DNA of 64,000 nucleotides from Malacoraja senta (lineage: Eukaryota): contig JAXLNO010000341.1 of NCBI GenBank assembly GCA_038087875.1, positions 1 through 64,000 on the forward strand, given 5' to 3'. The first letter of the stretch is position 1, and the number at the start of each line of letters is the position of its first letter. The position numbers were made by a program, and so were the translations under genes. This document shows positions 1 through 14,333 of this stretch, piece after piece. The notes under the pieces are model-generated. The model saw only the letters and a list, made by a program, of their open reading frames with translations, was not told the origin of the DNA and did no database searches.

Positions 1-332
1 GGAGAGGTGGAGGATAAGAAAGATGAAGAAGTTAATAAAAAGAGGAAGAATTTAGCAACAATAATAATAAGAAGAAGATGAGAACAAAGAAGAAGAAAGC
101 AAAGAAGAGGAATAACAATAATAAGAATAACAAGAAGAAAGAATAACAAGAAAAATAACAATAATAGTAGTAAAAATAACAAAAAGAAAAAAGAAGAACA
201 ATAATAATACTTGTAAGAATAACAAAAAGAAGAAAAAAAAGAGGAATAGCAATAATGATAAGAAGAACAAGAAGAAGAGGTAGAACATTAAAGAGGAGGA
301 AGTAGAAGAGAGATAACAATAATTAGAAGAGA
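1..332. repeat. Purine-rich low-complexity repeat (GAA/AAT/AAC mix)
   Basis: Degenerate GAA, AAT and AAC triplet runs. The overlapping ORFs are F/L/Y-rich artefacts. Confidence 0.9.
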
Positions 333-339
333 AACATCA

Positions 340-615
340 AAACATAGAAAGTAGGTGCAGGAGTAGGCCATTCGGCCCTTCGAGCCAGCATCGCCATTCA
401 ATATGATCATGGCTGATAATCCAAAATCAGTATCCCATTCCTGTTGTCTCCCCATATCTCTTGATTCTGTTAGCCCTAAGAGCTATATCTAACTCTCTTG
501 AATACATCCAGTGAATGACCTCCACTGCCTTCCGTGGCAGAGAATTCCACAGATTCACAACTCTCTGGGTGAAAAAGTTTTTCTTCATCTCAGTCCTAAA
601 TGGCCTACCCTTTAT
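340..615 (-). mobile_element. CR1-type LINE 3' end fragment
   Basis: Reverse complement gives ...CAGCCATGATCATATTGAATGG...GAAGGGCCGAATGGCCTACTCCTGCACCT, a LINE tail that recurs at about 28430-28665, 40461-40635, 42062-42228, 44370-44690, 46035-46170, 49640-49840 and 56650-56727. Confidence 0.75.
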
Positions 616-1449
616 TCATTAGAAGAGGAATGAGAAGATGATGTACTTAACACCAGTGGCAAGTCAAATTTATTCATCAATTACACTCGTTGCAACTGCT
701 AAGAGTACTAACGTTTCATGCTCTGGCTATCAACCATTACAAGACTGATTGCTTTACTGGGATTGGTGAAAATCATGCATCATGATCTGCTGAATATTGC
801 AACATTGAATATTTACATAACCAGCATCTGCTTGTCAAAGTGTTTTGCTAAAGTAATTCTTCCTTTCTTCATGTAGATGTTTTAGCATTATTGCTGATTG
901 TAAGCAATCTTGCTTTAGGACTTTTGATTGCTCAACAAATTATTTTTTCTCACGCTGCTATTTTGCTGTGTGGAATCTGGGGTGGTTTGGCTGCTTTAGT
1001 ATTTTGCTCACATTTTTGATTCCTAAATCTAACTGCAGGAAAAGAATTATACATGAATAGTATTAAAATTATGTTTTCCTAGTAAAATTATTCTGGAGGC
1101 TAGCTCATAGTTCAAGCTGGAACTGAGGGCCTGAACTGACAATCTAGGATGGAATTGCAGCTCAGTATTGATCAAGTCTGCGTGTTGGAAGCACTTTCTA
1201 CCCCTTGTGTCCTTAGATTGAAGGAAAGTTTCACATTGCATGTCTGAGGGGCAATTTTCTCTCAACAAGAAAAGTAAAATGAGTAAGAAAAAAACTTCCA
1301 AATTCAGATTTGGTAAGTATGGACAGGGGATGTCGGTGGGTGGTGATTTAGGGTGGCTGGGGGTGACAGGAAGGGACATTGCTGGTACAATTGAGGGTCA
1401 TGATTTATATAAAGGATTTGGACCCAAAAATTAGAATGACCAGGAAATT

Positions 1450-2921
1450 GCAGGAGCCTTTGTTGAGATTTATGAGTCGTCATTAAATACAGGTGAGGTG
1501 CCGGAAGACTGGACGGTGGCAAACGTTGTCTCTCTATTCAAGAAGGGCTGCAGGAAAAAGTATGGGAACTAAAGGCCAATGAGCTTAACATCTGTGGTCA
1601 GCAAGTTAGTACAGAGTATTCTGAGGGATAGGACATATACGCATTTAGATATATAGAGGGTGATTAGGGAAAGTCACCATGGTTTTGTACGTAGGAAGTC
1701 ATGTTTCACGAATCTGATTCCGTTTTTTGAGGTTGTGACCAAAAAGATTGATGAAGGCAGAGCTGTAGCTGTTGTAAACATGGATTTAATTGGCATTCGA
1801 CAAGGTTCTTTATGGTAGGTTGCTGAATGGATAGAAAATTGGCTTCATGAAAGGAAGCAGAGGGTGATGGTGGAAGGTTGCTTTTTGGACTGGAGGCCTG
1901 TGACTAGTGGTGTGCCTCAGGGTTCAGTGCTGGGCCCATTGCTGTTTGTCATCTATATCAAAGATTTGGATGAGAACGTACATGGCATGAGTAGCAAGTT
2001 TACAGATGACACAAAAGTGTGTAGTATTGTAGATAGTGAAGATGGTTGTCAAAAATTGCGGTCGGATCTTGATCCTTTGGGCAGGTGAGCTGAAGAATGG
2101 TTGATGGAATTTAATAAAGAGAAATGTGAGATGTTGCATTTTGGGAGCACTAACATGGGCAGGACCTACACAGTGAATCGTAGGGCCCTGGGGAGTGTTG
2201 TGGAGCAGAGGAATCGAGGACTGCAGGTGCATAGTCCATTGAATGTGGCATCACAAGTAGATATGGTGGTAAAAAAGGCTTTTGACACATTGGCCTTCAT
2301 CCGTCAGAGTGTTGAGTATAGAAGTTGGGAGGTCATGTTGCAGTTGTACGAGAGGTTAGTGAGACTGCATTTAGAGGATTGTGTTCAGTTTTGGGCACCA
2401 TGATGAAAGATGTTGTCAAGCTGGAATGGGCACAGAGAAGAATTATGAGGATGTTGCCAGGACTCGAAGGCCTGAGCTGTAGAGTGAGGTTGAGCAGGCT
2501 AGGACTATTCCTTGGAGCATAGGAGGATGAGGGATGATCTTATAGAGGTGACCAAAATCTTGAGAGGAATAGATCAGATAGATGCACAGATTCTCTTGCC
2601 CGGAGTAGGAGAATCAAGAACCAGAGGACATAGGTTTAAGGTGAAGGGGGAAAGATTTAACAGGAACCTGAGGGGTAACTTTTTTACACAGAGGGTGGTA
2701 GGTGTACAGATAATCTGCCAGAGGAGGTAGCTGAGGCAGGGACTATCGCAACGTTTAAGAAACAATTAAACAGGTACAGATTGGAGAGGACAGGACAGGT
2801 TGAGAAACATATGTCCAATACAGGCAGGTGCAACAAGTGTAAATGGGACATGTTGGCTGGTGTGGGCAAGTTGGGCCAAAGGGCCTGTTTCCACACTGTA
2901 AGACTCTATGAATCTATGACT
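1450..2921 (+). mobile_element. CR1 LINE, 5'-truncated (degenerate RT to 3' tail)
   Basis: Frames give [41 protein letters not shown] and RTRGHRFKVKGERFN with stops and frameshifts. Ends in a (GACTCTAT)n-like tail. Confidence 0.92.
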
Positions 2922-2939
2922 GTGACCATTTCAATGGAT

Positions 2940-3775
2940 TTAGTTTAGTTTAGTTTAGTTTATTGTCACATGTACAAAGGTACAGTGAAAAGCTTTTGTC
3001 ACGTGCTAACCAGTCAGCAGAAAGACAATACATGATTACAATTGAGCCAGTCACAATGTACAAATACATGATACAGGGAATAATGTTTAGTGCAAGATAA
3101 AGTCCAGGAAAGTCCAATCAAAAGATAGTCCGAGGGTCTCCAATGAAATAGTTAGTTGCTCAGAACTGCTCTCTAGTTGTGGCAGAATGGTTCAGTTGCC
3201 TGATAACAGCTGGGAAGAAACTGTCCCTGAATCTCGACGTGAGCATTTTCACACTTCTGTACCTCTTGCCTGATGGGAGAGGGGAGAAGAGGGAGTGGCC
3301 GTCCTTGATTATGCTGGTGGCCTTGCCGAGGCAGCGTGAGGTATAAATGGAGTCAATTGAAGGGAGGTTGGTTTGTGTGATGTTCTGGGTGGCGGCCACA
3401 TTTCGCTGCAACATCTTGCGGTCTTGGATTGAGCTGATCCCAAACCGTGCTGTGATGCAACCTGACAAAATGATTTCTACGGCCCATCTGTAGAAGTTGG
3501 TGAGAGTTGTTGGGACATGCCGAACTTCCTAAGCCTTGTAAAGAAGAAGAGGCATTGGATGTGCTTTCTTGGCCATTGCTTCAATATGGGTGGTCCAGGA
3601 CAAGTTGTTGGTGATATTTACTCCTTGGAATTTGAAGTATTCAGCCATCTCTAATTTGGCACAGTCAATCCAAACTGGGCTGTGCTTCCTGAATTCGATC
3701 ACTATTTCTTTTGTCTTGCTAACATTGAGCGAAAGGTTGTTGTCTCGACACCAGGATACGAAGATCTCAATCCCC
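2940..3775 (-). mobile_element. Rex1/Babar-clade LINE 3' fragment
   Basis: GCITARFG...DRKMLQR...LPSIDSIYTSRCLGKATSIIKD...FSPLPSGKRYRS is the typical Rex/Babar ORF2 C-terminus. (TAAAC)n tail at about 2940-2960. Confidence 0.85.
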
Positions 3776-4134
3776 TTTAATGTGACACTAAATTGAAGAG
3801 TATCGATAATATCGAACGTTGGTGTAATAAAATAAAAATCATTAATATACTTGCAGAATGTGCAGCCAAAATATATGTGTCAGGTGGTGTACTTTGGAAG
3901 GAAAATAGAGACCAAATATTCTCAGAAATCAATAACCTAAATCGGATAGCGGAATAAAAGATTCAGTGGTGTAAAACAATGTCTCTAAAAATATTTCCTC
4001 AGGTTAATAAGGTCATGAAACAACCATACAATAGAAAGCATTTAACTTCCACAACTGTAAAACTGAAAAGGAGAAAGGCATCCTACTTTGGCATCCTTGG
4101 TTATATCTGGTAAACTCTGGTGTCTGTGTTGACA

Positions 4135-5368
<1,234 letters not shown>

Positions 5369-5489
5369 TAAGAATATAAAAGCACTGGAAAAAAACAGAT
5401 TTACAAGAAACTTAATGTAGCAAAACAATTGCAAACACAGTTGGGATGAAGATGAATGAAAACAAGATTTGGCAACATAAACCATGTCA

Positions 5490-6095
5490 AGAGTCAAGAA
5501 TGTTTAATTGGCAGATGTAGGGACAACAGAACAACGAGGTTGTTGGAAGGAGTAGGATGGGGACCCACAGTCCCGTTTATATCAACGGGTCGATGGTTGA
5601 AAGGGTCAAGAGCTTCAAATTCCTGGGCGTGCACATCTCTGAAGATCTTTCCTGGTCCGAGAACACTGGTTAGTTGGTGTTGTGTAGTGTTCAAGAGCCT
5701 ATTGGTTGTTGGGAAGTAACACTTCTTGAACTCGCTGACCACGTTTTTCAGAGTCCTATCCTTTTTTCTGTTGTTAGGAGCAAAATGAAAGCATGGCCAG
5801 GGTGATGTAAGTCTTTGATGATATTAGCTGCCTTTTTGAGGCAGAGTCTCCAATAGATCCTGTCGATAGTGGGATCATATAGATCCCTTTGATGGTCAGT
5901 ACCCATGATGGACCACACAGTATCTTACCACTCATTGTTATCTCCTCTGTTCATGTGTGTTTGAGTTGCCAAACCAAACCATGATGCAACCAGTCTTTAT
6001 GTTGTCTACCTTGCACCTGTAAAAATTCAAGAGGTATTTGAGAGACATACAGTACCAAATCTCCTTGGTCTTTTAAGGAAGTACAGGCATTGATG
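5490..6095. mobile_element. Rex1/Babar LINE fragments in both orientations
   Basis: The + strand 5560-5665 reads as INGS.VERVKSFKFLGVHISEDL. The - strand 5666-6095 matches the Rex 3' region seen at 2940-3775. Confidence 0.65.
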
Positions 6096-6349
6096 GACAA
6101 TAGTGGGCATGGACTGTTTGACCTGTTTTATTGCTGTAGACTCTATGAAGCATGTATTCTGATGGCCAGTCAGCTTTTACTCCTGTAATTGCCTGCACCA
6201 ACAGGTTTTCTTTTCTTTTCAGTGGATCTGCAAAATGGGATCTTCTCATCAGCCTTGTGTCATCTCTGCAGGGTCTCCATTGTGCTCAGCATCCCAGTGG
6301 ACTCTCTATGTTCTTGCTTTGGTTGTGATAGGCTTGCTACTGACAGCTA

Positions 6350-7090
6350 GTAGATTTGCAGATAGTGAAGATGGTTGTGAACAATTGCAGGAGGATCTGG
6401 ATCGATTAGCCAGGTGGGCGGAGGAATGATTGATGGAATTTAATACAGAGACGTTTGAGGTGTTGCATTTTGGGATGTCGAACAAGGGCAGGACCTACAC
6501 AGTAAATGGTAGGCCTCTGGGTAGTGTTGCAGAGCAGAGGGATCTAGGAGTACAGGTGCATGGTTCCTTGAAGGTTGAGTCGCAGGTAGATAAGGTGGTC
6601 AAAAAGGCTTTTGGCACTGGCCTTCATCAGTCAGAGGATTGAGTATAGAACTTGGGAGGTCATGTTGCAGTTGTATAAGACGTTGGTGAGACCGCATTGA
6701 GAATATTGTGTTCAGTTCTAGGCACCATGCTATTGGAAAGAAATTGTCAAGCTTGAAAGGGTTCAGAAAAGATTTACGAGGATGCTGCCAGGACTAGAGG
6801 GTGTGAGCTATAGGGAGAGGTTGAGTAGGCTGTGTCTCTATTCCATGGAGCGCATGAGAATGAGGGGAGATCTTATAGAGGTATACAAAGTCATGAGAGG
6901 AATAGATCGACTATCCTTATGTTTAAGAAACAGTTAGACAGGAGCATGGATAGGACAGGTTTGTAGAGATATTGGACCAAGCGCAGGCAAGTGGGACTAG
7001 TGTAGCTGGGACATTGATGGCCGGTGTGGGGGAGTTGGGCCAAAGGGCCTGTTTCCACACTGTATCACTCTATGACTCTATGACTCTATG
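6350..7090 (+). mobile_element. CR1 LINE 3' fragment with internal deletion
   Basis: [23 protein letters not shown] and MEFNTETFEVLHFG motifs. (ACTCTATG)n tail at about 7067-7090. Confidence 0.9.
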
Positions 7091-8249
7091 AGAACATCAA
7101 TTCCATGGGCCTCAGTTTGCTATCTCGCTTTGTGTGGGACTTTATCAAATGCCACCTCATTATCTTCTCCAATGATACGAGAAAATCATCAGCGATTCAA
7201 TTTGAAACCAAAGGTAGACAAAAATGCTGGAGAAACTCAGCAGGTGAGGCAGCATCTACGGACCCAACCAACATTGACATAAGTTTGTATATCTATGCTG
7301 AATAGAGTGAGCCATTGAACAATCAGACACTGTCCAGACTTAGTCATGAGTATCTCCGCTGTGACCTGGGTTGATCAAGCCTTGATTCCAAATGTCCTTT
7401 GCTCCTGGATTACACTTACACTGAATTTATTTGTTTCCCTCTATCTCATTTATTTCTTCTGCAAGATTATCTTTCTTTCAGTGCTCCACCTCACACTGTC
7501 ATGGATAACAGCCAGGAAAAGATGCCAGACCCACGACAAACTCAGTTAGCCCTGTTCCACCATGACATGAACAATGGCAGGCATCTCCGACAGTTCCCTT
7601 TAACTGAGGTTTTTTTAATCAACTTTAAGAGATTGTCCCTGATTAGGTAATGTTCAATTAGACAATGCAATAGACATCATAAACTAATTTTCTTTGAAAG
7701 AGCAAATCATTATTTGGGATTGACATTAATTAGTTATTTTTTTAAAGACTGTGTGCTTTAGAAGCAAGCAAAAAGTACACTATGAAACATTGGAACTTTA
7801 AGAATTTAATCAGTAAAGGTAATCTTGAAGTATTTTAATTGTAATCTGTAAAGCCTCTAGCCATTTGAGCAAAGGCAACTAACCAGGTAGATCAAATAAT
7901 CAGTTTTGGTTCCAAGCAATCTTACATTTCAGTCACACTTGGCAGTGCAATGGTTTTCTGTAAAGTATATGAAAGTATCTGATAAGAAATTGCAGTGCAG
8001 TCCCTGCAAATGCTCTATTGAGAAGGGTCTGCCAGCACTGGGAACAGAGGAATGTATTCCTATATAATAGCCTCTCAAACACATCACAGCTGTGTTTTTC
8101 AAGAAGGAAAAATAAGTGGCATTGACACATTATAATAGAATGTACTGAATTGAAGGTACAACAAATGTAGAAAAAGACATGACTGGATTTTATTGTATGT
8201 CCTGCATACATTGTTTATGAATAAAGTATATTTTTGAAAAAAAAAATTT

Positions 8250-8572
8250 AGGGCAGTCATGGTGGTGCAACGGTAGAGTTGCTGCCTTACAGCGAATGCA
8301 GCGCCGGAGACCTGGGTTCGATCCCGACTACGGGTGCTGTCAGTACAGAGTTTGTACATTCTCCCCGTGACCTGCGAGGGTTTTCTCTGAGATCTTCGAT
8401 TTCCTCCCACACTCCAAAGACGTACAGGTTTGTAGTTTAATTGGCTTGGGAAATATATAAAATGTCCCTGGTGTGTATAGGATAGTGTTAATGTGCAGGA
8501 ATTGCTGGTCGGCGCGGACCCGGTGTGCCAAAGTGCCTGCTTCCGCACTGTATCTCTAAACTAAACTGTAAA
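8250..8572 (+). mobile_element. tRNA-derived SINE (HE1/V-SINE-like)
   Basis: A-box-like GGTGGTGCAACGG, B-box GGTTCGATCCC, core GAGTTTGTACATTCTCCCCGTGACC...CCTCCCACACTCCAAAGACG and a (TAAAC)n tail. Confidence 0.8.
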
Positions 8573-8759
8573 CTAAAAGAAAGTTGCAGTACTGGAATCA
8601 CAGCGTAGGTGAAATTGGAGCTGCTACCCGCAGATTTGACAGCAATGGAAGTTATGCAATTTTTCAGGTTGTTGAATTACAGGTTTTTAATTTACCAGTG
8701 ATTCAATAGTTGGCCATCCACCACAACTAACAGTGCACATCAGCAAAGGTTTAAATATT

Positions 8760-9548
8760 GTGTAGGAAGGAACTGCAGATGTTGGTTTAAACTGAAGATA
8801 GACACAAAATGTTGGAGTAACTCAGCAGGTCAGACTGGAGAAAAGGAATAGGTGAATTTTGGGGTCAATACCCTTCTTCAGGCTGGAGAATCAGGGGAAA
8901 CGGAAACGAGCGATATAGACGGTGATGTAGAGATGTATAGAACAAATGAATGAAAGATATGCAAAAAAGTAACGATGACAAAGAAAACAGGTTAGCTGTT
9001 TGTTAGGTGAGAAAGTTTGTTAGGTAACTCAAATATCACTGTACCTTTATTGGTGCATGTGACAATATATTCAAACTTGAACCTGAACTTGAACTTGAGA
9101 ACGAGTTACAGACAATTAGACTCAACAAGATGACTTTGAAGCTGGTGTGACTTAGGTGAGGGAGGAATGGAGAGAGAGGGAATGCAGGGGTTACTTGAAG
9201 TTGGAGAAATCAATATTCATACCATGTAGCAAAGAACTGCAAATGCTGGTTTAAATCGAAGATAGACAAAATGCTGGAGTAACAGCGGGAAAGGCAGCAT
9301 CTCTGGACAGAAGGAATGAGTGATGTTTCGGGTCGAGACCCTTCTTCAGACTGATTGGGTCTCAACCCTAAACGTCACCCATTCCTTCTCTCCAGAGATG
9401 CTGTCTGTCCGGCTGAGTTACTCCAGCATTTTGTGCCTATCTTCAATATTCATACCACTGGGTTGTGAGCTGCCCAAGTGAAATATGAGATGCTCTTCCT
9501 CCAATTTGCATTTGGCCTCATTCTGACAATGGAGGAGGCGCAGGACAA
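8760..9548 (-). mobile_element. Penelope-like element 3' fragment (GIY-YIG C-terminus plus terminal repeat), with a nested fold-back copy at 9225-9442
   Basis: The - strand of 9443-9545 reads LLHCQNEAKCKLEEEHLIFHLGSSQPSGMNI, the typical Penelope ORF end. It is followed by a pyrimidine-rich UTR and the terminal repeat. Confidence 0.75.
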
Positions 9549-10494
9549 ATCTTGTCGGTTTTAGAAGGTTGAGACTGACTTTGCCTTTCATGTATTTGGT
9601 ACCTAAGGCCTATGAGGTAGTCAACTCACTTTGATGTTTATTATGTTTCAACAACAGGTCTTGATATTACTGAGTAGTTTGTGGGCCATTTCAGTGGATA
9701 GTTAAGAATCAACAGTGGATCCAAAATCACAAAATGTTTCACATTTCAGTTCTCTGTCATGATCTCTCACGTGACTGGAAAACTAACATAGGTTCTTTTG
9801 GCAAATAAATTAACACCTTGAGCGTTGCAATATTCCAGAATATGATGATGTGCACTTTATGGAAAGTGTCAAGGACCAATTTGCCATTAAACAATTAGAG
9901 ACCCAAGAAGGGTGACATTTATTTGAATGTTTTTTTTAATTAATTTTAAAAAGGAATTGCTGAGGCTCAAGCTTTGCTTTCTTCATGTATTTCAGATGTA
10001 TTATGACAAGTCAGGAATGTTATTAATGAACCAGCAATCAGAAGGTTTGATCTAACAACCCTTTGACATGTTCAAATCCCTTCATGGCAGCTGGAGAATT
10101 TAAGTTCATTTAATTTTTTTAGTCATGAAAAATTAACACGTTTTTCTTGCCCTCCAGGGAAGGGAAACAAATCCAGCTTTTTATGACTCTAGATCCTGTG
10201 AGATGTGGTTTACACTTCTGAAATCTGGTTATATCGAGGGTGGTAGCGTCCCATCTGCAAGTTACTCCTGAAGTCACACCCCCAATCCTGGAAATATATC
10301 ACCATTCCTTTGTCATCTCTGTGTCCAAATCCAGGAACTCTCAATTCACATCATTCTGTGGATCCATTCAAGAAGGAAGCTCAGCACTGCCTTCTCAAGG
10401 GCAGTTTGAGGCGGCCAATAAATACTGACCTAGCCTAAGATGCACAGATCCCGAGAAATGAATTAAGAAAACATCCCAAGAAATGAATGAATGC

Positions 10495-10795
10495 AGTGAG
10501 TGGCAAGAATTAAGAGTTACTGCCTTACAGCGCCAGAGACCCGGGTTTGAACCTGACTATGGGTGCAGTCGGTATAGAGTTTGTACATTCTCTCTGTGAC
10601 CGTGTGGGTTTTCCTCGGGTGCCCCAGTTTCCTCCCACACTCCAAAGACGTACAGATTTGTAGCTTAATTGGCTTCTGTAAAAATAGTGAATTAGCCCTA
10701 GTTTGTAGGATAGTGCTGGTATACGAGGATCGCTGGTTGGCACAGACTTGATGGACCTGTTTCCATGTTGTATCTCTAAACTAAACTAAACTAAA
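10495..10795 (+). mobile_element. tRNA-derived SINE (HE1/V-SINE-like)
   Basis: Same family as 8250-8572. Further copies at about 29445-29690 (-), 30190-30470 (-), 32450-32750 (+) and 48465-48765 (-). Confidence 0.8.
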
Positions 10796-12179
10796 AAAGC
10801 TTGTAGATTCCTTTGAAGACTGACTCCACAAACACAATATAGTCAAGGGGGACTTTTTGGCTCGACACCCTTCTTCAGACTGATGTGGGGGTGGGGGACG
10901 AGCAGAAGAAAGGAAGAGGCTGAGACAGCGGGCTGTGAGAGAGCTGGGAAGGGGAGGGGAAGGAGCAAGCTTTCGTCAACGGGAGAGCAAAGGGAAGAGA
11001 TTGAACATTTTTTCGCCTTCCATCACAGTGAGGAATGTGGAGAAGTCACTGTGATGGATGTTTATGCTAAAATGTATTTTGTATGTTCCGTTGCTTTTTA
11101 TTTGTATGACTGACTTGGCAAATGAAATTCCTGGTATGTTGCAAAACATACTTGTCTAATAAAGTATTATTATGATTGTGATTGTGTGATTGCGATTATA
11201 TTGAGACTCGATTCATCCACTAATTTTCCTCTCTAGCTGTCCGCACTCTCTTTTGTTGATCACAATTAGAACAGGCAATGAATATTTGACCTGCCATATT
11301 GCATCCGCCGCCTATTGCCACCCTGCTGGTCTCCTTGCGGTACCAGGTGGTCTGGTTTCCTCTCACATTTCTGCACTCGCAACATGCGGGTGATAGGTGA
11401 ATTGACCACTGTAAATTGCCCCTTGCTGTGTAGGTGAATCCATGGGAGTTGATAAAAATATAGCAAGAGTGATCAAATTAGATTAATTTAGGAGAAGGGT
11501 CTTGACCCGAAACGTCACCCATTCCTTCTCTCCAGAGATGCTGCCTGTCCTGCTGAGTTACTCCAGCATTTTGTGTCTATCTTCGCTTTAAACCAGCATC
11601 TGTAGTTCCTTCCTGCAGATCAATTTAGGATTAGTGTAAATAGATGATTGATAGTCAAACGATGAGGTTGGACACACTTGGATTGTTTTATCTGGAATGC
11701 CAGAAGTTGAAGGGAGTCCTGATAGAAGTATATAAAATTATGAGAGCCACAGAAGGGGTAGACAGTCAGAACTTTTTGCCCAGGATGGAAAGGACCCAAG
11801 GTGGAAAAGACTAGAGGGCATAGCCTTATAGTAAGAAGCGCAACGTTTAAAGGAGACGTGCGGGGCAGGTTTTTGACATTGTGGGCCAAAGAGCGTGCTT
11901 CTGTGCTGTACTTTTTTTGTATTCTACTGTATGTTCCAATAAATCCTTTTTTTGTTGTTCACCTGCAGATGTTTCCTGACCTGCTGTGTGTTTCTGGCAT
12001 TTTGTCTTTCTGAATAAAACAAGCTAATTATGTGCATCCAATGTTTTAATGGATATGTTTTAAGGAATTTGCAAAGCAGAAAAAAATGACTGACCAGCAA
12101 TTGAAGAGCATTTGGTCAGTGGATGAAGACATAGTGGGTGGACCAGATACCAGGAATGTACTGAGTATTGTTGATGTCA

Positions 12180-14232
12180 TTAATAAGGAACTAGCAATGG
12201 TTGATTGGGAGAAGTTGTTTGCAAGTAAAGGGACACCTGCCAAGCAGGAGGCTTTCAAAAATAAGATGGGGGAGAGTTCAGGGTTGGCATGTTCCTATTA
12301 GAGTGAAGGGCAAGACTGGCAGGATTAAGGAACCGTGGCTGATGAGGGCTATTGAGGGTTCTAATCAGGAAAACGGTGTCATATGTCAGGCCTAAACAGC
12401 TGATCAAGCAAGTCCCTTGAGAAATATAACAGATGTAGGAGTACTCTAATGGGCCTGTCCCACTTGGTGATTTTTTAGGCAACTGCCGGCGACTGTCATA
12501 GTCATAGCAGGTCGCCGAAAAACCAGGGACAACTTACGTCATCCTGGCGACAACCTACGACAGCACCTATGGCAGGAGAAGTCAAGCTCATTGGCGTCAA
12601 ACCCACTGTCGCCTAAAATTTTTCAACATGTTGAAAATTTAGCGGCGACCAGAAAGACGCTACGACTTTTTGCGCGACTGAGGAGACTACCCCCAGCGAC
12701 CACCGGCGAACATGTGGCGACAAAAAAATGCCTAAAAAATCGCCTAAGTGGGACAGGCCCATTAAGAAGGAAACCAGGAAGGCAAAAAGGATACCTGAGA
12801 TATCCTTAGCAGATAAGGTTTAGGAGAATCCTAAAAGATTCAATAAGTATATTAAGAGAAAAGGGCTAACTAGGGAAAGAATAGGTCCATGTCTCGCTAT
12901 GAGAGATAGGCAATGTGTTAAATGAATATTTCCAGTATATATTTACAGTGGAGAAGCTCAGAAACTGGAGAATTTAGAGAAGACAATAATAATGTCGTGA
13001 AACATATTGATATTATGAAAGAGGAAGTGTTGGGGGGCTTGAGGCGCATAAACATGGTGGATATGCCCAAGGACTAACCAAGTGTATCTGTGTGTAGGTA
13101 GGAACTGCAGATGCTGTTTTAAACTGAAGATAGACACAAAATGCTAGAGTAACTCAGCGGGACAGGCAGCATCTCTGGAGAAAAAGAATAGGCAATGTTT
13201 ATTCTAGTATGCAGTGGGAAACAAGGGAAAAAATGCTCAGGCCCTGGCAGAGATTTTTGTATCTTCAATAGCCAAGGTGTGAGATACTGGAGGACTGGAG
13301 GGAGGCTGATATGTGCCTTTTATTTTGGAAGGGCTGCAAAGACAAGCCATGGAACTACAAGCCAGTTAGCCGAACATCAATGGTGAATAAGTGATTGGAA
13401 ACAGGATGTATCTACATTTGGAAAGGCAAGGACTGATTAGGGATTAACAACATTGCTTCATCTGTAGGAAATCTCACTAATTAAAATTAGTTTGTTGAAA
13501 AGGTGACTAACAGGATGGACGAGGTGGGCATTGTCCACATGGACTTTAGCAAGGCTTTTTAGATATTTCCGCAAGGTAGATCAGTCCAGAAGGCGAGATC
13601 ACATGGGATTCAGGATGAGATAGCCAGCTGGATACAAGCTTTGTGGAAGAAGTCAGAGAGTGGTAGTGGAGGGCTGTTTTACAGAGTGGAGGCCCGCGAC
13701 CATTGATGTATTACAGAGATCAGTGCTAGGCCCACTGTGTTTTTCGTATGTATTCATGATCTCGATGAGAATATACTGTAGGTAGTCACCAAAATGGATG
13801 ACACCAAAATTGGTGGAGTGGTGGACAGTGAAGTAGGTGGGCTAAGGGTACAACAAGATCTAGGTCAACTGGGAAAGTGGGCAAAGGAATGACAAATGGA
13901 ATTTAACTCAGATAAATGTAAAATTATTCATTATGGGAGGTTAAAATATGGCAAGACATACATGATAAATGACAAGGTCCAAGAGTGGGTGGTAGAACAG
14001 AGAGACATAAGGGGCTCAAAGGGCCAAATGGCCTCCTCCTGCACCTATTTTCTATGTACTAGTACATAGTTCACTGAAAGTGGTGGCACAGGTGGACGAA
14101 GCAGTGAAATAAGCATATCCGATGAATGCTTGCCTTCATCATATGGGAACTGATTACAAGAGTCTGGGCTTCATGTCACATCTGTATGGAACATTGGTGA
14201 AACAGCACCACATTGCCTGGTTGCCATTTTAT
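12180..14232 (+). mobile_element. Old CR1 LINE ORF2 remnant, host of a MITE and of the ISL2EU element; resumes at 19321-19395
   Basis: Degenerate matches to the CR1 at 38.3-41.5 kb (VDWEKLF..KG, RVKGK.GR, GATGACACCAAAATTGG). The TATAGGAAGGA continuation lies on the far side of the transposon. Confidence 0.85.
12450..12761. mobile_element. Harbinger-type MITE
   Basis: TIRs TGGGCCTGTCCCACTT...AAGTGGGACAGGCCCA. Flanks are TAA (12447-12449) and TTA (12762-12764). Internal GGCGAC repeats. Confidence 0.85.
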
Positions 14233-14333
14233 AGGGAGGTTTCACGAAGCCGAGGTCGCGACCCCGTGACCCGCACTGTTGCCACGCAACGGCAACTGGA
14301 TTACACGCTGTGAATTGCAGGTAAGCATTTAAC

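Noticed and set aside
6205..6350. Possible host exon after a pyrimidine tract and CAG
   Set aside because: No recognisable protein in any frame and no clear donor before the CR1.
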